Below are positions 10,023 through 19,190 of a stretch of 64,000 nt of DNA, piece after piece. Made by a program: the position numbers and the translations under genes. The first letter of the stretch is position 1, and each line of letters starts with the position of its first letter. Source of the stretch: a candidate division WOR-3 bacterium (GTDB lineage Bacteria; Hydrothermota; Tepidihabitantia; Tepidihabitantales; CAIPLT01); the NCBI GenBank assembly GCA_039801505.1, contig JBDRUV010000001.1:198714-262713 (forward strand). The letters run 5' to 3'. Below the pieces are notes generated by a model. The model worked only from the letters and a program-made list of their open reading frames with translations, was not told the origin of the DNA and did no database searches.

Positions 10023-10654
10023 AGAAATTTTTTCTAATCATTGGTTTAATGGTTCTTTTGCTAACAAATTGTGGCGGTTTTGGTCCGCGCACGATAATTG
10101 AGTATTTTACTGGACGAAGTCTATCAAGTAAACTGGTGGTTTTTCTTACGGCGATGATCCCGATTGTCGAGCTACGCGGGGCGATTCCTTTAGGGATAAA
10201 TTTTTATAAACTACCGTGGTTTTTGGTGCTACCCTTGGCAATTGCCGGCAATATTGTGCCCGTGCTGCCAATTCTGGTCTTATTAGATCGGATCACGAAG
10301 TTACTGTCCAATATTTTAATTTTTCGCCGGTTTTTTGATTGGCTTTTTAGCCGGACGAGAAAGAAGAGTAAGATTATTGAGCGTTATGAATATATTGGCC
10401 TTTTAATATTTGTAGCCATTCCTTGGCCCGGGACTGGGGTTTGGACTGGGGCTTTGGCAGCCTTTCTTTTGGGCTTAAACACCCTGCCAGCATTTCTGGT
10501 GATCTGTGCTGGGGTGGTTTTAGCCGGGATTGTGGTCACCGGGCTTTCGGTGTTAAAACTTATTGGATTACTCATTATTGGCATAATAATTATAAGCTTG
10601 ATTGTGCGCTCAATTATTGATAAACTTGCTAAAAAACGGGGAGGAATGATATGA
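10019..10654 (+). CDS. COG2426-type small integral membrane protein (putative small multidrug export family)
   Basis: 211 aa and polytopic, with the conserved PIVELRGAIPLG segment. Its start and stop overlap the flanking genes. Confidence 0.5.
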   Translation: MKKFFLIIGLMVLLLTNCGGFGPRTIIEYFTGRSLSSKLVVFLTAMIPIVELRGAIPLGINFYKLPWFLVLPLAIAGNIVPVLPILVLLDRITKLLSNILIFRRFFDWLFSRTRKKSKIIERYEYIGLLIFVAIPWPGTGVWTGALAAFLLGLNTLPAFLVICAGVVLAGIVVTGLSVLKLIGLLIIGIIIISLIVRSIIDKLAKKRGGMI

Positions 10655-11838
10655 AATTTGTTGTAGCTTTAGTTGTTGTGTTTACGTTAGCGAATGTAGT
10701 TTGGACACAGCCCAGCGCGTTGGAACAGTTGAGTCAAGCCCAGAATGAATTCGGGTTAGCACTTTTTCAAGAGCTGATCAAGGGTCAGACGCTAAAAAAT
10801 ATTTTTATTTCACCAACCAGTGTCGCCTTAGCCTTAGCCATGACGTATAATGGCGCCGCCGGTGAAACGAAAGAAGTGATGGCTAAAGTCTTAAAAATCT
10901 CTAAGATATCCGACCAAGAATTTAACAAGGCTAATTTTCTATTACAGAGCTCTCTAACTAGCCAAAACAAAAAACTAACCGTCAAAATTGCCAATTCCCT
11001 TTGGATTGATAAAAGCTGTAAGTTTACCAGGGCATTTGTGGCAACGAACAAAAAGTTTTACCGAGCCCAACTGGCCAGCCTTAACTTTGCTAGTCCTAAG
11101 GCAATTTTTGCCATTAACCAGTGGGTGAAAAATGCCACCGCAGGCAGAATTGAAAAAATTGCTGAGGAACTGCCCGAAGATGTTTGGGCAATACTTATTA
11201 ATGCCTTGTATTTCAAAGGTGCTTGGCAGGAAGCATTTGAGGGGACAAAAACAAGACCTTTTTATCTTTTAGATGGCGCCGAAAAATCTCAGACCTTTTT
11301 ATATAAAAAGGGTAAATTTCTGTATTTCGAAAATGATGAACTGCAAGCGATAAGTATTCCTTATGCCGATGGTAGTTATACGATGGATATCTTTCTACCC
11401 CGAAAGGAGTTGCCGATTGATAAACTAATTTATTCATTAACTCCTGAACGTTATTTAGAATGGCTAAAATCATTAGAAACCCGTGAAGGCGAAGTTTATT
11501 TGCCGCAGTTTAAGCTGGAATATGAGAGTTCACTTAAAGAGGCTTTAAGTAGACTAGGTATGGAGATTGCCTTTGATCAAGACCGAGCCGATTTTACCCG
11601 GATAGCCATAACGCCCATAAAGGGCCGAATATTTATCGGTGATATTAAGCATAAGACCTTTATCGAGGTAACTCGTGAAGGCACTGAGGCCGCAGCAGTT
11701 ACTGGGGTCTTTATGGAGATAAAGGGTGTGCCAGCAAAACCATTTACTTTAGTGCTTGATCGGCCATTTCTATATATGATTCGCAATAACAAAACTCAAA
11801 GCATTGTTTTTATTGGACTTCTTACAGAACCGAAATAG
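10651..11838 (+). CDS. Secreted serpin (serine protease inhibitor)
   Basis: Signal peptide followed by a serpin fold: ...NKANFLLQSSL..., a reactive-centre loop region (EVTREGTEAAAVTGV) and the serpin C-terminal signature PFLYMIRNNKTQSIVFIGLLTEP. Confidence 0.85.
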   Translation: MKFVVALVVVFTLANVVWTQPSALEQLSQAQNEFGLALFQELIKGQTLKNIFISPTSVALALAMTYNGAAGETKEVMAKVLKISKISDQEFNKANFLLQSSLTSQNKKLTVKIANSLWIDKSCKFTRAFVATNKKFYRAQLASLNFASPKAIFAINQWVKNATAGRIEKIAEELPEDVWAILINALYFKGAWQEAFEGTKTRPFYLLDGAEKSQTFLYKKGKFLYFENDELQAISIPYADGSYTMDIFLPRKELPIDKLIYSLTPERYLEWLKSLETREGEVYLPQFKLEYESSLKEALSRLGMEIAFDQDRADFTRIAITPIKGRIFIGDIKHKTFIEVTREGTEAAAVTGVFMEIKGVPAKPFTLVLDRPFLYMIRNNKTQSIVFIGLLTEPK

Positions 11839-11860
11839 CCACAACTTAAGCTGAGCGTTT

Positions 11861-11891
11861 ACGTCCCCCGGACCGTGTAGGCACTGTGCCC
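11861..11891. repeat. GC-rich intergenic repeat, copy 2 (CGTCCCCCGGACCGTGTAGGCACTGTGCCC)
   Basis: Same family. It lies about 130 bp upstream of the rplR promoter. Confidence 0.55.
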
Positions 11892-12018
11892 TAGTAATTC
11901 ATTGGGGAATTTTGGCACTTAATCTTTACATATAAGAGATGCCTAAAATACCATTCGTGGTGAAAAAATATTAGTGTTCGGGACTTTTAGCCTCACTTAA
12001 TAAGCATAATAAAAAATG

Positions 12019-12046
12019 TTGACAACTGTAAAATTTTTGTTATAAT
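12019..12046 (+). promoter_or_regulatory. Promoter of the rplR block (-35 TTGACA at 12019-24, 16-nt spacer, extended -10 TGtTATAAT at 12038-46). The ATG at 12055 makes this a leaderless start.
   Basis: Read directly. The TTG at 12046 that the ORF track uses as a start lies inside the -10. Confidence 0.55.
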
Positions 12047-12054
12047 TGGTATTT

Positions 12055-12435
12055 ATGCGAGTTACCGGACGAAAGCGTCGACATCTAAGGATTCGGAAAC
12101 GGATACAGGGGACACCAGAACGGCCAAGGCTTTGTGTATTTCGGAGTAATAAGCACATTTATGGACTTTTAGCCGATGATATAAATAACCGAGTAATTAC
12201 TCAGGTTTCGTCACTGACTAAAGATTTAATCACGGATATCGAACCGGAAATTGAAGGTAATAAAGTAGAACTTAAAGGTAAAACCTTAAGAGCTTATTAT
12301 GTGGGTTATACTTTAGCCCAAAAGGCTAAGGCTTTGGGAATTACCAAGGTGGTATTTGACCGGGCCGGATATAAATATCATGGCCGAGTAAAAGCCTTAG
12401 CCGAAGGGGCTAGGAAGGGTGGTTTACTGTTTTAA
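12055..12435 (+). CDS. rplR: 50S ribosomal protein L18
   Basis: [16 protein letters not shown]...[16 protein letters not shown]... is an L18 family sequence. The start is taken at the ATG 9 nt inside the track ORF. Confidence 0.88.
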   Translation: MRVTGRKRRHLRIRKRIQGTPERPRLCVFRSNKHIYGLLADDINNRVITQVSSLTKDLITDIEPEIEGNKVELKGKTLRAYYVGYTLAQKAKALGITKVVFDRAGYKYHGRVKALAEGARKGGLLF

Positions 12436-12438
12436 CCT

Positions 12439-13014
12439 ATGATGATGCAAGACTTTAATGAGCAAATAACCGAAGTCGCTCAGGAATACCTAGAACGGGT
12501 GATATTTATTAAACGGGTCGCGAAGGTTCAAAAGGGTGGCAAGCGGATGAAGATCTCAGCTGGCGTGGTGGTTGGTGATGGGAAAGGTAAGGTGGGAATC
12601 GGTCATGGGAAATCCGACGAAGTTGCTTTAGCAATTCGTAAGGCGGCCAATCGCGCTAAGAAGAATATGGTCTCGATTTCGACTCTGGGGAATACCATAC
12701 CCCATGCTACTGAGGGTAAGTTTTGTGCTAGTAAAATCTTATTAAAACCGGCACCTGAAGGAACCGGACTTATTGCTTGTCCGCAAGTTCGAGCCGTTTT
12801 AGAGGTCTTAGGCTTAAGGGATGTGTATACCAAATCGTTAGGTTCTAATAATCCTTATAATTTAGCCATGGCTACGATTAAGGCCCTTCAGAAATTACGC
12901 ACGCCAGAAGAGATTGCCAGAATTCGCAACAAGCCGCTTAGTTATATTTTAGGTAAAAAGACGCATGAAACCTCAAAAACTACCACTCAGGATATAATAG
13001 AAGAAATCAAGTAA
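12439..13014 (+). CDS. rpsE: 30S ribosomal protein S5
   Basis: ...RVAKVQKGGKRMKISAGVVVGDGKGKVGIGHGKSDEVALAIRKA... is the S5 dsRBD plus C-terminal domain. Confidence 0.9.
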   Translation: MMMQDFNEQITEVAQEYLERVIFIKRVAKVQKGGKRMKISAGVVVGDGKGKVGIGHGKSDEVALAIRKAANRAKKNMVSISTLGNTIPHATEGKFCASKILLKPAPEGTGLIACPQVRAVLEVLGLRDVYTKSLGSNNPYNLAMATIKALQKLRTPEEIARIRNKPLSYILGKKTHETSKTTTQDIIEEIK

Positions 13015-13015
13015 T

Positions 13016-13198
13016 ATGGCGAAAATAAAAGTTACCCTGGTACGTAGTCTCATTGATACCAAGCCGGTGCATAAGAAAAACGCCTATGCTTTGGGTTTAC
13101 GCAAGGTTAATCAAACCAAAATTTACAACGATACTCCGCAAATTCGGGGCATGATTGAAAAAATTAAACATTTAGTGAAAGTTGAATATGTTGATTGA
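13016..13198 (+). CDS. rpmD: 50S ribosomal protein L30
   Basis: A 60-aa L30-like sequence (MAKIKVTLVRSLIDTKPVHKKNAYALGLRKVNQ) in the canonical position between rpsE and rplO. Confidence 0.85.
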   Translation: MAKIKVTLVRSLIDTKPVHKKNAYALGLRKVNQTKIYNDTPQIRGMIEKIKHLVKVEYVD

Positions 13199-13634
13199 AT
13201 ATTATCCACCAAAAGGCGCTAAGCATCGTAAAAAACGCGTTGGCTGCGGCCCGAGTTCCGGACATGGTAAAACCTCGACTCGGGGCCATAAAGGATCGGG
13301 TCAGAGAAAAGGCAAAGAATATGACAGCCGTTTTGAAGGTGGTCAGATGCCTCTTTATCGTCGAATCCCGAAGCGCGGCTTTCGGCCATTAGCAAAGATC
13401 GAATACGAAACAGTAAACTTCCGGGATATTATTCGAGCCGGTCTAAGTGGCGAGATTACACCGGAGATTTTAAAGAGTACCGGTTTGGTGAAAAAAGACC
13501 GGCCTATCAAAATTTTAGGCACAGGTGAACTTAAAGAACCACTTATCATTAAGGCCCACGCTATATCAAGTCAAGCCCTTAAAAAACTTATCGAGATCGG
13601 CGGTAAATTCGAAGCCTTGCCTTATAAAAAATAG
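13188..13634 (+). CDS. rplO: 50S ribosomal protein L15
   Basis: ...[27 protein letters not shown]... is the L15 glycine-rich motif. The start is taken at the ATG at 13188. Confidence 0.9.
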   Translation: MLIEYYPPKGAKHRKKRVGCGPSSGHGKTSTRGHKGSGQRKGKEYDSRFEGGQMPLYRRIPKRGFRPLAKIEYETVNFRDIIRAGLSGEITPEILKSTGLVKKDRPIKILGTGELKEPLIIKAHAISSQALKKLIEIGGKFEALPYKK

Positions 13635-13636
13635 CC

Positions 13637-14941
13637 ATGTTAAGTAATGTTCCGAATATTTTTAAAATTCCCGATTTACGAAAAAAGATCCTTATTACCT
13701 TAGCCTTAGTTGCGGTATATCGACTCGGGACCCATATTCCGGTACCGGGGATTAATGCCCAGGCCTTAGCACTACTTTTAGCCCAGATGCGCGGCACCGT
13801 ATTTGGTCTTTATGATATTTTCGTTGGCGGAGCACTTTCCCGAGCTTCGATATTTGCTTTGGGTATTATGCCCTATATCTCAGCCTCAATTATTTTTCAA
13901 TTGTTAGGTGCGGTATTCCCTTATTTAGAAAAACTACAACGAGATGAGGAGGGACGAAAAAAGATTAACCAGTATACTCGGTATGCCACTGTTCTATTAG
14001 CTGCAATTCAAGCTTCGGCAATCTCAGTCTATTTAGAAGCCCAGCCGCCAACAGCTGCCGGTCCAATTGTTGCCATCGGTGGATTTTTCTTTAGAATTCT
14101 TACCATCGTGACCATGGTCGCCGGCACAATTTTTGTGATGTGGTTAGGCGAGCAGATAACTGATAAAGGTATTGGCAATGGGATCTCGTTTATTATTTTT
14201 GTGGGCTGTTTAGATACGGTGCCTCAAGATATTCTTAGAACATTTCAGCTTGTTAGGCTTGGAGAGATCTCTTGGTTTGCCTTATTAGTTATTGTGCTAA
14301 TTATCTTTGGTGTTTATGCTGGAGTAGTATTAATAACTCAGGCTATGAGAAAAATCCCGGTGCAATATCCTAAACGCATTGTTGGTCGGCGTATGTATGG
14401 TGGTCAATCTACTTATATTCCCTTAAGAATTAATACTGCGGGCGTGATACCGATTATCTTTGCCCAAAGTTTAATTGTTTTCCCCTCGACGGTAGCGACT
14501 TTTATTAAGGCCGATTGGCTGAATGCTGTGCAACGGCTTCTTGCTCCGGGGGCCTGGCTTTATAGTCTGTTATATGCTGGACTAATTATTTTCTTTACCT
14601 ACTTTTATACTTCGGTGGTTTTCAATCCCCGAGAAATGGCCGAAAATATGCAACGCTACGGTGGTTTTATTCCGGGTATTCGCCCCGGCGAAAAAACAGC
14701 CGAGTTTCTTGACCGGAGTCTTTCGTTATTAACATTTCCCGGGGCCCTCTTTTTAGCCGTTATGGCTCTCCTACCATATTATTTAATGCATGTTTTGAAA
14801 GTACCCTTCTATTTTGGAGGTACAACCTTATTAATCATTGTTGGTGTAGCCTTAGATACGATCCAGCAAATTGAAGCCCACTTGGTGATGCGTCATTACG
14901 AAGGTCTTCTTAAGGGTACAAAAATTCGGGGACGCCGATAA
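13637..14941 (+). CDS. secY: Preprotein translocase subunit SecY
   Basis: 434 aa, 10 TM helices, SecY signature regions (...GIMPYISASIIFQLL..., ...GGQSTYIPLRINTAGVIPIIFAQSL...). It follows rplO as in spc operons. Confidence 0.92.
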   Translation: MLSNVPNIFKIPDLRKKILITLALVAVYRLGTHIPVPGINAQALALLLAQMRGTVFGLYDIFVGGALSRASIFALGIMPYISASIIFQLLGAVFPYLEKLQRDEEGRKKINQYTRYATVLLAAIQASAISVYLEAQPPTAAGPIVAIGGFFFRILTIVTMVAGTIFVMWLGEQITDKGIGNGISFIIFVGCLDTVPQDILRTFQLVRLGEISWFALLVIVLIIFGVYAGVVLITQAMRKIPVQYPKRIVGRRMYGGQSTYIPLRINTAGVIPIIFAQSLIVFPSTVATFIKADWLNAVQRLLAPGAWLYSLLYAGLIIFFTYFYTSVVFNPREMAENMQRYGGFIPGIRPGEKTAEFLDRSLSLLTFPGALFLAVMALLPYYLMHVLKVPFYFGGTTLLIIVGVALDTIQQIEAHLVMRHYEGLLKGTKIRGRR

Positions 14942-14955
14942 ACTTTCTGTTATAA

Positions 14956-15723
14956 ATGACTGTTAAAGTGGGCGTGCTGTTTACTTCCGGAACAAATTGT
15001 GACGAAGAGACTATAAATGCATTTCGATTGGTTGGGGCTCAGGCCGAGAGAATTTATTTAACCGAACTAAAAAGAAATCCTAAGATACTGCAACGCTATC
15101 AGATTTTGTGCCTTCCGGGAGGCTTTACTTATGGGGATTATTTGCATGCAGGAAAAATTTTTGCTAATAATCTAAAAGTTTTGTTAAAAGACGCCCTACT
15201 CGATTTTTATAATCAAGGCAAATTGATCTTGGGAATCTGTAACGGTTTTCAAGTTTTAGTGAAAGCTGGATTGCTTCCTGATTTTTCATTTATTGAAAAG
15301 GCAAGCCTTGTTACTAATGACTCTAATCGGTTTGAATGTCGTTGGGTTTATTTAAGAGTTAATTCATACTCACCGTGCGTTTTCACAAAAGGACTTGATT
15401 TTTTTACCTTGCCAGTTGCCCATACTGAAGGTAAATTTGTAGTTGACAACCCCACAACCTTAGATAAAATAGTAAAGGAGAATTTGATGGTTCTACAGTA
15501 TACTGACGAAAAAGGCGAGTTTCAGGGCTATCCTTATAATCCGAATGGATCGGTGAATAATATTGCCGGTATCTGTGATCACACCGGCCGAATATTTGGC
15601 CTCATGCCCCATCCCGAACGGGCATCGCTACTTTACCAATATCCTTTTTCAATGCGCCCCACGGAACCGTTGGGGGTTTTTATATTTAAAAATGCTATTC
15701 GATATGTCCAAAAAAACTTGTAA
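14956..15723 (+). CDS. purQ: Phosphoribosylformylglycinamidine synthase I (glutamine amidotransferase subunit)
   Basis: It aligns closely to PurQ: ...LPGGFTYGDYL..., ...ICNGFQVL... (catalytic Cys), ...NPNGSVNNIAGI..., ...MPHPERA.... Confidence 0.8.
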   Translation: MTVKVGVLFTSGTNCDEETINAFRLVGAQAERIYLTELKRNPKILQRYQILCLPGGFTYGDYLHAGKIFANNLKVLLKDALLDFYNQGKLILGICNGFQVLVKAGLLPDFSFIEKASLVTNDSNRFECRWVYLRVNSYSPCVFTKGLDFFTLPVAHTEGKFVVDNPTTLDKIVKENLMVLQYTDEKGEFQGYPYNPNGSVNNIAGICDHTGRIFGLMPHPERASLLYQYPFSMRPTEPLGVFIFKNAIRYVQKNL

Positions 15724-16039
15724 TTCATTAAATTTTAGAATTAAAGAACATCCGATATTGGAATTCAAAAAAGGTCGCCTAGTAAAATTTTATTTTAATG
15801 GACAAGAATTATTCGGATACGAAGGAGAGCCAATAGCCGCAAGTTTAATAGCTAACGGAATAAAAGTTTTTCGATACACAGAAAAAAAACATAGGCCAAG
15901 GGGTTTCTTTTGTGCACTTGGCAAGTGTTCGTCGTGTTTGATGACAGTTAATGGGATACCTAATGTTATGGTTTGTATAGAACCCTTAAAAGAAGGAATG
16001 GATGTGAGGCGCCAAAAGGGCCGTGGTCGATTGGTGTAA
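15704..16039 (+). CDS. 2Fe-2S iron-sulfur cluster-binding subunit (HcnA/OoxB-like small subunit)
   Basis: It has a Cys cluster (CALGKCSSCLMTVNGIPNVMVC). The start is moved to the internal ATG at 15704 to remove the overlap with purQ. It abuts the FAD oxidoreductase gene. Confidence 0.6.
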   Translation: MSKKTCNSLNFRIKEHPILEFKKGRLVKFYFNGQELFGYEGEPIAASLIANGIKVFRYTEKKHRPRGFFCALGKCSSCLMTVNGIPNVMVCIEPLKEGMDVRRQKGRGRLV

Positions 16040-16041
16040 TT

Positions 16042-17157
16042 ATGAACATAATAAAAGATTATGATGAAGTCTATGAAATTGTTATTGTTGGAGCTGGACC
16101 GGCAGGACTTTCTGCAGGAATTGTAGCTGGAGAGCTTGGGGCCCAGACTGTAATTATTGATGAAAATCCAATCCCTGGGGGTCAATTGATTAAGCAGACT
16201 CATAAATTTTTTGGTTCTAAGGAACTATATTGTGGAATACGAGGTATCGATATTCCCCGATTGCTAGTTAAAAATTTGCAATCAGGGAAAGTGAAATTAA
16301 AACTTAATACTTCAGTGATTGGATATTTTAAAGGCAATGTTTTAGGAGTTGTGACTAATGGTAAATTTTTAAAAATTTACGGTAAAAGAATTATATTTGC
16401 AACTGGAGCTTATGAAAATCCCTTGCCTTTTCCTAATCATGATTTACCCGGCGTATATGGTGCCGGGGCTGTCCAAACTCTGATGAATGTCCATGGAGTC
16501 CTCCCCGGAAGAAGGGCGTTAATGGTTGGTTCTGGAAATATCGGGCTTATTGTCAGTTATCAGTTAGTTCAAGCAGGAGTTGAGGTTGTCGCTGTTGTGG
16601 AAATTACCCAAAACATCAGCGGCTGGCATGTTCACGCAGCAAAGTTGCGGCGGTTAGGAGTGCCGATTTTGGTGTCCCATACGATAAAATGCGCTTTTGG
16701 TAAAAACTCGGTCGAAGAGGTTGTAATAGTAAAAGTTGATAAAAAGCTTAGACCCATTCGGGGTTCTGAAAAACGATTCAAAGTTGACATGATCTGTTTG
16801 GCTGTCGGTCTAAGCCCACTTACTGAATTGGTTTCCCAGGCAGGTTGTAAAATTATTTATATACCAGAGCTTGGTGGTTATCTTCCCTGGCACAATGACT
16901 TTTGTGAAACCTCTAATTCCACAATTTTTGTTTGTGGCGACCTTGCAGGTATTGAGGAAGCTTCGACAGCGATTCTGGAAGGAAGGATTGCCGGTGCTCG
17001 AGCTTATCAGAGTCTATACGGAATAGATCCAAAAAGCAATAAAATAATTACTGAGGCCCAGGAAATGCTTTCAGAATTTCGTTCTGGGTCATATGGCAAA
17101 AAAATTTTAAGGGGTAAGCAAATACTTAAAGACCACTTGTTTTATGAAACCGGTTAA
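16042..17157 (+). CDS. FAD/NAD(P)-binding oxidoreductase (HcnB/opine-oxidase/sarcosine-oxidase alpha-like)
   Basis: It has two Rossmann dinucleotide motifs (IVIVGAGPAGLSAG and LMVGSGNIGL). The start is taken at the ATG at 16042, 2 nt after the upstream stop. Confidence 0.65.
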   Translation: MNIIKDYDEVYEIVIVGAGPAGLSAGIVAGELGAQTVIIDENPIPGGQLIKQTHKFFGSKELYCGIRGIDIPRLLVKNLQSGKVKLKLNTSVIGYFKGNVLGVVTNGKFLKIYGKRIIFATGAYENPLPFPNHDLPGVYGAGAVQTLMNVHGVLPGRRALMVGSGNIGLIVSYQLVQAGVEVVAVVEITQNISGWHVHAAKLRRLGVPILVSHTIKCAFGKNSVEEVVIVKVDKKLRPIRGSEKRFKVDMICLAVGLSPLTELVSQAGCKIIYIPELGGYLPWHNDFCETSNSTIFVCGDLAGIEEASTAILEGRIAGARAYQSLYGIDPKSNKIITEAQEMLSEFRSGSYGKKILRGKQILKDHLFYETG

Positions 17158-17881
17158 GTTCTTTATAGTGATAGTTTTTCTTGTTTTGGCAGTTACGCTT
17201 ATAATTTTGAGTTATTTTGGGCTTTCAGGAAAACTTAAGAAAGCTAAAGGTTACGAAGTTACGGTGTATTTTAAGGAAGTTTCAGGGCTTAAAATCGGGG
17301 CACCAGTAATGGTCCGGGGAATTGAAAAGGGTAAGGTACTTAAAATTACGCTGGACTCGTCATCTAAGTTTGTTTCAGTAAAAGTTTTGGTTAGTAGTGA
17401 TGTTATTTTAACTGAAGATAGTTACTTTGCAATTCGAGCATTAAGTTATTTTGGGACTGATAAGTTCGTGAATATCACACCGGGCAGCGGGAAACCAGTA
17501 AAATCAAATTTTACATTTTATGGAACAAATGAAGTATTAGAAATGGAAACCACTTTTACCCAGTTGAAAAACATTATCGGTAAACTTGAAAGCATTCCTG
17601 TAGGGGAAATAGGTAAACACCTTACAATTCTTCAAAACAAACTTGACTCTGTTGTTAAGACTTTATCTTTTCCATTAACAACCGCCGCTGAAGGATTTTC
17701 CCGGTTAACTGTGAAATTTGATAGCTTAAGAAATTTTTTTATTCAAGAGGGTACTATTACCAAACTCATTAAAAGTGACGATTTGTATGAAGAAATTCGT
17801 CGAACTAATAATGAGTTAAATGAGTTATTAGTAGACATAAAACGTAATCCCCAGAAGTATTTTACTTTAAAATTATTTTAA
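17144..17881 (+). CDS. mlaD: MCE/MlaD-family protein (outer-membrane lipid asymmetry maintenance)
   Basis: It has an N-terminal TM anchor and an MCE domain (...VTVYFKEVSGLKIGAPVMVRGIEKGKV...). Confidence 0.6.
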   Translation: MKPVKFFIVIVFLVLAVTLIILSYFGLSGKLKKAKGYEVTVYFKEVSGLKIGAPVMVRGIEKGKVLKITLDSSSKFVSVKVLVSSDVILTEDSYFAIRALSYFGTDKFVNITPGSGKPVKSNFTFYGTNEVLEMETTFTQLKNIIGKLESIPVGEIGKHLTILQNKLDSVVKTLSFPLTTAAEGFSRLTVKFDSLRNFFIQEGTITKLIKSDDLYEEIRRTNNELNELLVDIKRNPQKYFTLKLF

Positions 17882-17882
17882 G

Positions 17883-19190
17883 ATGACTGCATACGAAATA
17901 ATCCTCAAGAAACGAAATGGTCAAGAACTAAATTCCGCCGAAATTCAATATATGGTAAACGGGCTGCTTTCAGGTGAAGTTCCTGATTATCAATTTTCAG
18001 CATTTCTTATGGCAATCTACTTTCAAGGTATGAATTTTAACGAGACTAGTGCTTTAACTCAAGCTATGATTAATTCGGGAAAAGTGATTGATCTGTCAAT
18101 TATACCTTACCCGAAGGTGGATAAACATTCTACAGGCGGGGTCGGTGATAAAGTATCTTTGGTTTTAGCCCCATTAGTAGCTTCGTTAGATGTTTGCGTG
18201 CCTATGATTTCAGGTCGCGCCTTGGGACATACCGGCGGCACATTAGACAAATTAGAATCAATTCCTAATTTTCGTACCGCACTAAGCGAAGATGATTTTA
18301 TTAAAATTTTACAAAAGATAAATGTGTCCATAATTGGTGCCACAGAAGAACTTGTGCCAGCTGATAAAAAAATTTACGCACTCCGTGATGTGACAGCAAC
18401 CGTGGATTCAATTCCATTAATTGCGGCATCAATTATGTCTAAGAAATTATCGGAGGGCATCGATGGGTTGGTTTTAGATATAAAAGTCGGACAAGGAGCA
18501 TTTATGAAAACCCTTAGGGAAGCAAAACAGTTAGCTAGAGTGATGTGTGCTATCGGGCGGGTTAAAAACAAAAAGGTTACTGCCTTGCTAACAGATATGT
18601 CTCAACCTCTAGGAAACACAGTTGGCAACGCACTTGAAATTTGGGAGGCAATTCAGACTTTAAAAGGGTACGGGCCTAAAGACTTACAGGAAATTACTCT
18701 TGCTTTAGGAGCTGAAATGTTGAAAACTGCTCGGAATTTATCATATAATACTGCAAAAAAACTTCTTCGAAAAGCCCTTTTTTCTGGTCAAGCTCTTGAA
18801 AAATTTCGTATGCTAATTAAAATGCAAGGCGGTGATGAGCAGGTAATTGAAAATTATTCATTACTTCCTCATCCCAAATACAGACTTTCGGTAGCGGCGT
18901 CAAAAACAGGATATATCGCTAAACTTGATGCCTTTAAGGTTGGTATATTGTCAATAGAACTTGGATGTGGTCGCCGAACCGTTAACGATAAAATTGATCA
19001 CAGTGCTGGCTTTGTTTTTAAAAAGAAAATAGGTGACAAAGTAACTAAAGGGGAAGAGCTTGCAGTGGTTTATGGTAATAATCTAGAAAAAGTCCGTTAT
19101 GTGTCCGATCAACTTGTTTCCGCATATAAAATTGTACAAAAAAAAGTAAAACCACCAAAACTTATTTTAATAAAAATTACTAACCCTTAG
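17883..19190 (+). CDS. pdp: Pyrimidine-nucleoside (thymidine) phosphorylase
   Basis: 435 aa with ...KHSTGGVGDKVSLVLAPL... and ...SGRALGHTGGTLDKLESIP..., typical Pdp/DeoA motifs. Confidence 0.85.
   Translation: MTAYEIILKKRNGQELNSAEIQYMVNGLLSGEVPDYQFSAFLMAIYFQGMNFNETSALTQAMINSGKVIDLSIIPYPKVDKHSTGGVGDKVSLVLAPLVASLDVCVPMISGRALGHTGGTLDKLESIPNFRTALSEDDFIKILQKINVSIIGATEELVPADKKIYALRDVTATVDSIPLIAASIMSKKLSEGIDGLVLDIKVGQGAFMKTLREAKQLARVMCAIGRVKNKKVTALLTDMSQPLGNTVGNALEIWEAIQTLKGYGPKDLQEITLALGAEMLKTARNLSYNTAKKLLRKALFSGQALEKFRMLIKMQGGDEQVIENYSLLPHPKYRLSVAASKTGYIAKLDAFKVGILSIELGCGRRTVNDKIDHSAGFVFKKKIGDKVTKGEELAVVYGNNLEKVRYVSDQLVSAYKIVQKKVKPPKLILIKITNP

Noticed and set aside
15563-15703. Upstream extension of the 2Fe-2S ORF
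   Set aside because: It would overlap purQ by 160 nt in another frame. The internal ATG at 15704 gives a compact ferredoxin-like subunit.
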